7,197 nucleotides of DNA, taken from NCBI GenBank assembly GCA_030704615.1, contig JAKLZA010000028.1, positions 1 through 7,197 on the forward strand, read 5' to 3'. The first letter of the stretch is position 1. Each line of letters begins with the position of its first letter. This document shows, one piece after another, positions 1-5,209 of this stretch. Position numbers and translations under genes: made by a program. A model generated the notes under the pieces. The model searched no databases and was not told the origin of the DNA. It saw only the letters and a program-made list of their open reading frames with translations. Origin of the DNA: Takakia lepidozioides (taxonomy: Eukaryota > Plantae > Bryophyta).

Positions 1-414
1 GTAAAAACACCAGAAGAGACTCCTCGGCGCCCACGCGTCTGTGAGGAAGTACGTATGGCGGCTTCGTCTTCTGTCGTCGGTCGTGTCACACCCTTCGTCG
101 TGGCCGGTTTTCGTTGACCTCGCTGAAGGGTTTCGGCCTCCCGTTCCGTACCAGAACCGGTTGTGGCGGGTTCGGGCCTGACTGTTGTGAAAGAGGTAGG
201 TGACGCAGCAGAACGGGTGGAGGGACCGGATACCTTCTGCTGCTTGCCGTTCCCGACTTTCCGCCAGGATTCGCCTTAGGCTTATAGCCGGTTTGGCCCA
301 AGCTTCTGGGCCTTAGGTTTCACCTGGAGGAATTCACCACCTTCTTCACCTCCTTGAGTACTTCCTTGAACCACCTAGCGTTTCACGAGGGTAGCAATGG
401 ACGGTTTCCACAAG
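1..414 (-). mobile_element. Same element, 5' part (ORF1 and frameshift region) of unit C, with noisy sequence
   Basis: Matches 3545-3946 with many small indels. Confidence 0.88.
194..254 (-). promoter_or_regulatory. Second, noisy copy of the frameshift signal
   Basis: Same stems are present. The heptamer reads GGGAAC (one A short) in a region full of indels. Confidence 0.6.
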
Positions 415-454
415 TTTAGGTATTTAGGGGTTTAAGGTTTAGGTTTAGGGTTTA
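415..454 (+). repeat. Telomeric tract (TTTAGGG) x ~5.5, degenerate
   Basis: tttaggtatttaggggtttaaggtttaggtttagggttta. Confidence 0.9.
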
Positions 455-532
455 CATAAAGCGTCCAAAACAAGTGTAGCAGTACAACGCGGATGCACGG
501 GTGGCAAGATAAAACACGATCCGGGCAAACAG

Positions 533-554
533 TTTAGGTTTAGGGTTTAGGGTT
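533..554 (+). repeat. Telomeric tract (TTTAGGG) x ~3
   Basis: tttaggtttagggtttagggtt. Confidence 0.9.
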
Positions 555-1234
555 GTTAGCAAAGGCTTGCAAAGGTAACAAAAGTAGAAAAATACTGGAA
601 AAAGACCAGTAAAAATTAAGGGGGGCCGGTCGGACCCAAATACAAATGCAATGGGAACCAAGACAAATGCATACAAAGTGCGCCTATCGTGCCTAAAGGG
701 ATGAAAATAAGACTATTATGTCTTATGCAAGGACTCCGCCCTCACGAGATAAGGTTCTCTAATTGAAGAATGAGGCACTTTCGTTTCAACCGTAAGCTTT
801 TTTATGTTTGCTTCTCCTTGTTTAGCGACAAAAAATCTTGCTCACTATGGGCAAGCATGCGCTCAAGGCACTCACAAACATAGGGTCAAGTCTCAACCCC
901 TAGTTGGAAAACTTATATGCCCCACCTTCAAAAAGAGGTTCGTACCTCTAAGGAAGAATGGGAGGGATTACCGCATAAGGTCATCGACGAGAAGGTTAGG
1001 TCGGCAGAGGCTTGCGCATGCCCATAGTCCTCTGATCGCTCGAGATGAACTCGAGGGAGGATCAACCAAATCCCTTCTCTCCGACCATCGGGCGTACGAC
1101 AGGGGGAACCGTGTGTAGTCGGGGCTAAATTAGCTTGCCCGACACGATTACCATATACCCCCAGCCGCCTTCCCCATTGTAAGCGGTGGCTAAGATGGCG
1201 TCAAACGGAAGGCTCTATACGCCCCGTGCTTTGG

Positions 1235-1244
1235 AAAGAAAAAA
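1235..1244 (-). terminator. Possible Pol III terminator (TTTTTTCTTT); unit B copy at 4768-4777
   Basis: First T6 run downstream of the USE/TATA. A weaker T4/T5 run lies at 1355-1358 and 4891-4895. Relevant only if the promoter is Pol III. Confidence 0.3.
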
Positions 1245-1365
1245 GGCCTCGGAAGTATCCAAGGGTTGGATTCCCCTCGGAGCGAGCACCCTTCGATCCA
1301 AGTTGCCCGGGCGGGCAAGGACTAGACTCTCGACTTCTCTAAATGTGGAGACACAAAAGAGTTAA

Positions 1366-1420
1366 GGTGTTTTATTCCAAACAAGTTTCGCTTGATTGTC
1401 AAGCTCATCAGTGGAACACC
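1366..1420 (-). ncRNA. Minimal type I hammerhead ribozyme
   Basis: Minus strand reads GGTG TTCCA CTGATGA GCTTGA-CAA-TCAAGC GAAAC TT GTT^ TGGAA TAAAA CACC. It has an intact CUGAUGA/GAAA core, a 6-bp stem II, a bulged stem I, and predicted cleavage after GUU between 1380 and 1379. Confidence 0.92.
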
Positions 1421-1452
1421 AAGAGATGAAGTCCTAAGAGCCAAGCCTATCC

Positions 1453-1498
1453 TTATATACTAGAAAAGCACCCTCACTATGTGCAAACGATATGGGAT
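1453..1498 (-). promoter_or_regulatory. Plant snRNA-type (type 3) promoter: USE plus TATA
   Basis: ATCCCATATCG (1498-1488) has 1 mismatch to the plant USE consensus RTCCCACATCG. It is followed by 28 nt and then TATATAA (1459-1453). The expected start is ~1427-1434, just before the hammerhead. Confidence 0.7.
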
Positions 1499-1672
1499 AA
1501 TTCCCAAGGCAATAATAATGCCACTAAAGCACTAATTTAGGCCTCCAAGTCAAGACTGCATTAATTAGTCAATGGTCCAAATTAAATTGTTGGAACCCTT
1601 TGACTTTAACATCAACACTAGGGCTATCAAAGAGGCAAAATTAATAATGCTAGGGACATTTGCACTACAAAA

Positions 1673-3790
1673 TCATCCTATCATTCTAGATTAACTAGGA
1701 ATGAACTCAGCTTTCGCGGATTCCTCCAACAAATCATCGCTCGAGGGAAGAAACCGAAGCTCCGGGACTTGCTGAAGCAACTCGTGGAGTCTAGGGTTTA
1801 GGGTGGCCCCCAAGTTCAAGGCTCGAGTGTACGAAGAGTAGTCGAGCTTAAGAACAAGGGGGGCCCGTTTACCCTCAACTGCGCGTTGCGTCTGTTGGTC
1901 GAGTAGTAGAGCGGATCTGAGGTCGTAGGAGATCTTGGTGAAGCAACTCCGGATGAACGCCGCCGGATAACCTCGGGCTCGAAGACGTTTGTAAAACAAA
2001 AGTCGCAAATGGTTGAACCCTTGGATGGTGCTTTCTCGTATTACGTACCGTTGGAGCTCGCCGATGACGAAAGCTTTCTTTTGGTGATGTGGATGCCACG
2101 AGGACCAAGGCAAGTATTGATACTTGTTCTGGGCTTTTGATGACATCTCGTAGAGAGCCGTCGAGTTTGGATGAAGTCGTCTCCTTTGAGGAAGGTGATA
2201 TCCAAGATGTCGGCGGACGTCGGGCTTATGGCGGTCGTGATTTTGATGCCATCGAACATGGAACCGTAGTTCCGTAACCAGGACCGGAGGCTCTTTTCGG
2301 AGCCTACCCAGATGCCAAAGCCGTCGTCGATATAGCGCTTAAGATAAAGCAGCTCTTGCTCCGATGGGCACACGTACTCCATGTACATCTCCAACCGACA
2401 GAGGAACAAACAAGCGTAAACAACTGCAAAGTTGCTCCCCATGGCCGTCCCGCGAATTTGGTGCCAAAAACTACCATTGAACTCAAGGTAATGGTGTTTC
2501 AAGACTAATCCAGCGAGGGTCATGATCAGGTCTTTTTTGTGTTTGGTGAAATTACCTCCAATAGCACATTCGAGCTCATACAAGCCGAGCTCGGTGATGA
2601 TGCTGGGATATAGAGATTCCACGTCAAACGTAAAAAGAAGAGCATGCGAGGGGACCTCGAGTTGGGAAACCTCTCGAAGAAGCGTGAGAGAATCAACCAA
2701 ATGAGTGGGTTCCTTGAGAAGTACCGGAAGGAGTTGGTGATGGAGCCAAATTGAAGCATGCTCGAAGATGTAGTTCTTGTAGGAACAAATGGGTCTTCCA
2801 ACAAGCACGGGTTTGTGCACCTTCGGAATGAAGTACAAAGCACAAGCTCGAAAGTCCGTGGACGACCGAGGGCGTTGGCGGATGTAATTCCATTCTTTGG
2901 TGGTGGAGATCGCAAACCTGTAGATTGGATGGCAAGCTAGCACCTCCAACCTCGACCAAAGTTCTTCCCACGGTACGGAATCCACGGGACGATAAACTTC
3001 GGTGTCTGAGAGTTGCCGCATCGCCTCTTGCATGTACCAAGACTTGTCCATAAGCACAAGACCAAGATTTTTGTCGGCCGGCTTGATGACAAGGTCCGGA
3101 TCCGACCTCAATCTTTTGAGAGCAAGTCTCAAGTGTCTCGGCAGACAAGGTCGTGCATTGCGGGGCGATTCGATCCAAACGGCTAGACAAAAGATCATTA
3201 CCTTCTCGAATGATGGCCTCGAGCGGTTGAGATTCCACTGGCGGATTGAATGATGGATTCGGAACGCGCCAAAGAGGAACCTCGTCGTTGTCTTTGCCGG
3301 AGAAGGACGTTCGCAACCTCAAGCTTCGAGCAAAATTGTTGAATTCGGTGATGATTGAAGATCGGGAAGGGGGAAGAGGACGAGGAATGTAATTGAGACC
3401 AAGGCCCAGGAGTTGTCGCTCCGCAAAGGAGAGAACCCTCTTGCTATAGTTGTGGATAGCAGTGTTGGTGACCCTGCATTCCACTTGGGAGGGAGTCTTC
3501 CTAGCAAAGAGCAACAAAGCGTAAGCCTTCGGGTCTACGAGCGGGTACCAAAAGAGACTCCTCGTGCGCCCCCGCGTCTGTGAGGAGGTACGTATGGCGG
3601 CTTCGTCTTCGTCGTCGTCGTCGTCACACCCTTCGTCGTGGCCGGTTTTCCGTTGACCCTCGCTGAAGGTTTTCGGCCTCCCGTACCAGAACCGGTTGTG
3701 CGGTTCGGGCCTGACCTCTTGTTGAAAGAGGTAGGTGACGCAGCAGAACGGGTGGAGACCCGGATACCTTTCTGCTGCTTGCCGTTTCCC
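1673..3790 (-). CDS. Penelope-like reverse transcriptase without endonuclease, ~700 codons, probably made as an ORF1-RT -1 frameshift fusion; split by apparent sequencing indels
   Basis: Joined from ORFs 2693..3517, 2041..3198 and 1691..2146. Motifs: IHNYSKRVLSFAERQLLGLGLNYIP (PLE N-terminus), KPADKNLG, LYFIPKVHK..GRPI, FTFDVESLYPSI (A), QIRGTAMGSNFA (B), RYIDDGF (C, YIDD at 2323-2334), ILDITF (E), YLPWSSWHPHHQK (thumb). The C-terminus read from unit B is ..FLPRAMxCWRNPRKLSSFLVKSRMIG*. The stop lies at 1673-1675 or 1681-1683 depending on a 1-nt indel. Confidence 0.93.
1792..1804 (+). repeat. 13-nt perfect telomeric match inside the 3' end of the RT coding sequence
   Basis: TAGGGTTTAGGGT, encoding TLNPR on the minus strand. 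Unit B (5329-5340) lacks one T. Confidence 0.65.
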
Positions 3791-3946
3791 GACTTTCCGC
3801 CAGGATTCGCCTTAGGCTTACTAGCCGGTTTGGTCCCAAGCTTCTGGGCCTTAGGTCACCTGGATGGAATTCACCACCTTCTTCACCTCCTTGAGTACTT
3901 CCTTGACCACTCGCGTTTCACGAGGGTAGCAATGGCGGTTCCCAAG
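3535..3946 (-). CDS. ORF1 (C-terminal ~135 aa, no start codon): amphipathic helix followed by a basic low-complexity tail; putative nucleic-acid-binding protein
   Basis: Absent from the ORF track because it has no start. Manual translation with two indel corrections near the 5' end gives GTAIATLVKRx-VVKEVLKEVKKVVNSIQV-PKAQKLGTKPASKPKANPGGKSGNGKQQKGIRVSTRSAASPTSFNKRSGPNRTTGSGTGGRKPSARVNGKPATTKGVTTTTTKTKPPYVPPHRRGGARGVSFGTRS*. The TAG is at 3537-3535. EN-minus PLEs typically carry a coiled-coil or basic ORF1 upstream of RT. Confidence 0.75.
3610..3625. repeat. (CGT)5 microsatellite in the ORF1/RT overlap; also at ~7137-7152
   Basis: Reads poly-Thr (ACG) in ORF1 and poly-Asp (GAC) in the RT frame. 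Confidence 0.8.
3729..3790 (-). promoter_or_regulatory. Programmed -1 ribosomal frameshift signal (G_GGA_AAC plus stem/pseudoknot)
   Basis: The heptamer GGGAAAC at 3790-3784 is in the X_XXY_YYZ phase of ORF1. After a 5-nt spacer there is a perfect 9-bp stem GCAGCAGAA/TTCTGCTGC (3778-3770/3748-3740). The -1 frame is the RT frame. Confidence 0.85.
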
Positions 3947-3994
3947 TTTTTTTTTAGGGTTTAGGGGTTTAAGAGTTTAGGGGTTTAGGGTTTA
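3947..3994 (+). repeat. Telomeric tract (TTTAGGG) x ~6, degenerate
   Basis: tttttttttagggtttaggggtttaagagtttaggggtttagggttta. Confidence 0.9.
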
Positions 3995-4070
3995 CATAAA
4001 CGCGTCAAACAAGTGTAGCGTACAACGCGGATGCACCGGGTGCAAGATAAACACGATCCGGGCAAACAAG

Positions 4071-4095
4071 TTTAGGGTTTGGGTTTAGGGTTTAG
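4071..4095 (+). repeat. Telomeric tract (TTTAGGG) x ~3.5
   Basis: tttagggtttgggtttagggtttag. Confidence 0.9.
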
Positions 4096-4902
4096 CAAGG
4101 CTTGCCAAGGTAACAAAAAGTAGAAAATACTGGAAAAAGACACAGTAAAAATTAAAGGGGGGAGGTTCGGACCCAAATACAAATGCAATGGAAACCAAGA
4201 CAAATGCATACAAAGTGCGCCTATCGTGCCTAAAGGGATGCAATAAGACTATTATGTCTTATGCAAGGACTCCCGCCCTCACGAGATAAGGTTCTCTAAT
4301 TGAAGAATGAGGCACTTTCGTTCCAACCGTAAGCTTTTTTATGTTTGCTTCTCCTTGTTTAGCGACAAAAATCTTGCTCACTATGGGCAAGCATGCGCTC
4401 AAGGCACTCACAAACATAGGGTCAAGTCTCAACCCCTAGTTGGAAAACTTATATGCCCCACCTTCAAAAAGAGGTTCGTACCTCTAAGGAAGAATGGGAG
4501 GGATTACCGCATAAGGTCATCGACGAGAAGGTTAGGTCGGCAGAGGCTTGCGCATGCCCATAGTCCTCTGATCGCTCGAGATGAACTCGAGGGAGGATCA
4601 ACCAAATCCCTTCTCTCCGACCATCGGGCGTACGACAGGGGGAACCGTGTAGTCGGGGCTAAATTAGCTTGCCCGACACGATTACCATATACCCCCAGCC
4701 GCCTTCCCCATTGTAAGCGGTGGCTAAGATGGCGTCAAACGGAAGGCTCTATACGCCCGTGCTTCGGAAAGAAAAAAGGCCTCGGAAGTATCCAAGGGTT
4801 GGGATTCCCCTCGGAGCCGAGCACCCCTTCGATCCAAGTTGCCCGGGCGGGCAAGGACTAGACTCTCGACTTCTCTAAATGTGGAGACACAAAAAGAGTT
4901 AA

Positions 4903-4958
4903 GGTGTTTTATTCCAAACAAGTTTCGCTTGATTGCTCAAGCTCATCAGTGGAACACC
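4903..4958 (-). ncRNA. Minimal type I hammerhead ribozyme, unit B
   Basis: Identical except that loop II is a GCAA (GNRA) tetraloop. Predicted cleavage is between 4917 and 4916. Confidence 0.93.
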
Positions 4959-4990
4959 AAGAGATGAAGTCCTAAGAGCCAAGCCTATCC

Positions 4991-5036
4991 TTATATACTA
5001 GAAAAGCACCCTCACTATGTGCAAACGATATGGGAT
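4991..5036 (-). promoter_or_regulatory. USE plus TATA promoter, unit B
   Basis: USE at 5036-5026 and TATATAA at 4997-4991, with the same 28-nt spacing. Confidence 0.7.
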
Positions 5037-5209
5037 AATTCCCAAGGCAATAATAATGCCACTAAAGCACTAATTTAGCCTCCAAGTCAAGACTGCATTA
5101 ATTAGTCAATGGTCCAAATTAATTGTTGGAACCCTTTGACTTTAACATCAACACTAGGGCTATCAAAGAGGCAAAATTAATAATGCTAGGGACATTTGCA
5201 CTACAAGAA

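Larger units (their letters stand above)
415..3946 (-). mobile_element. Endonuclease-deficient, telomere-associated Penelope-like retroelement (Athena/Coprina-like), complete repeat unit A
   Basis: PLE-type RT with no GIY-YIG domain, upstream basic ORF1, hammerhead ribozyme, and reverse-complement telomeric repeats on the sense strand at the unit boundary. This is the known architecture of EN-minus PLEs. Confidence 0.92.

Noticed and set aside
415-554. CRISPR-like repeat-spacer array or a real chromosome terminus
   Set aside because: The repeats are short 7-mer telomeric tracts internal to the unit, with no cas genes and no long terminal array in the window.
452-676. 74-aa hydrophobic ORF on the minus strand
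   Set aside because: It arises from T-rich UTR-like sequence and a telomeric tract (TLNPKP), and is not preserved in unit B.
1032-1064. Second hammerhead on + (CTGATCG followed by a hairpin)
   Set aside because: The core is not CUGANGA and no GAAA follows the stem.
415-1430. Canonical plant telomerase RNA gene
   Set aside because: The promoter type fits, but the template-like CCCUAAA tracts are ~880 nt downstream, beyond several T-runs, and comprise 3-6 repeats rather than ~1.5.
1500-1690. GIY-YIG endonuclease downstream of RT
   Set aside because: The region is AT-rich with no ORF of 60 aa or more in the track and no GIY/YIG or CCHH linker motif. RT stops at about 1673-1683.
2041-3198. Bacterial RT (retron, group II intron, DGR) or true TERT
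   Set aside because: The ADK, PKVHK..GRPI, GTAMGS and SxHP motifs are PLE-specific. There is no TERT T/CP motif or TEN domain, and the context is eukaryotic telomeric repeats.
3624-3839. 71-aa ORFs at 3624..3839 and 86..301 as ORF1
   Set aside because: This is the third frame of the overlap region with an alternative start codon. The frame ending at TAG 3535 is longer and in phase with the slippery site.
2089-3964. Short + strand ORFs and off-frame - strand ORFs over RT/ORF1, with equivalents in unit B
   Set aside because: They are shadow frames of the RT/ORF1 coding sequence or pieces created by indels.
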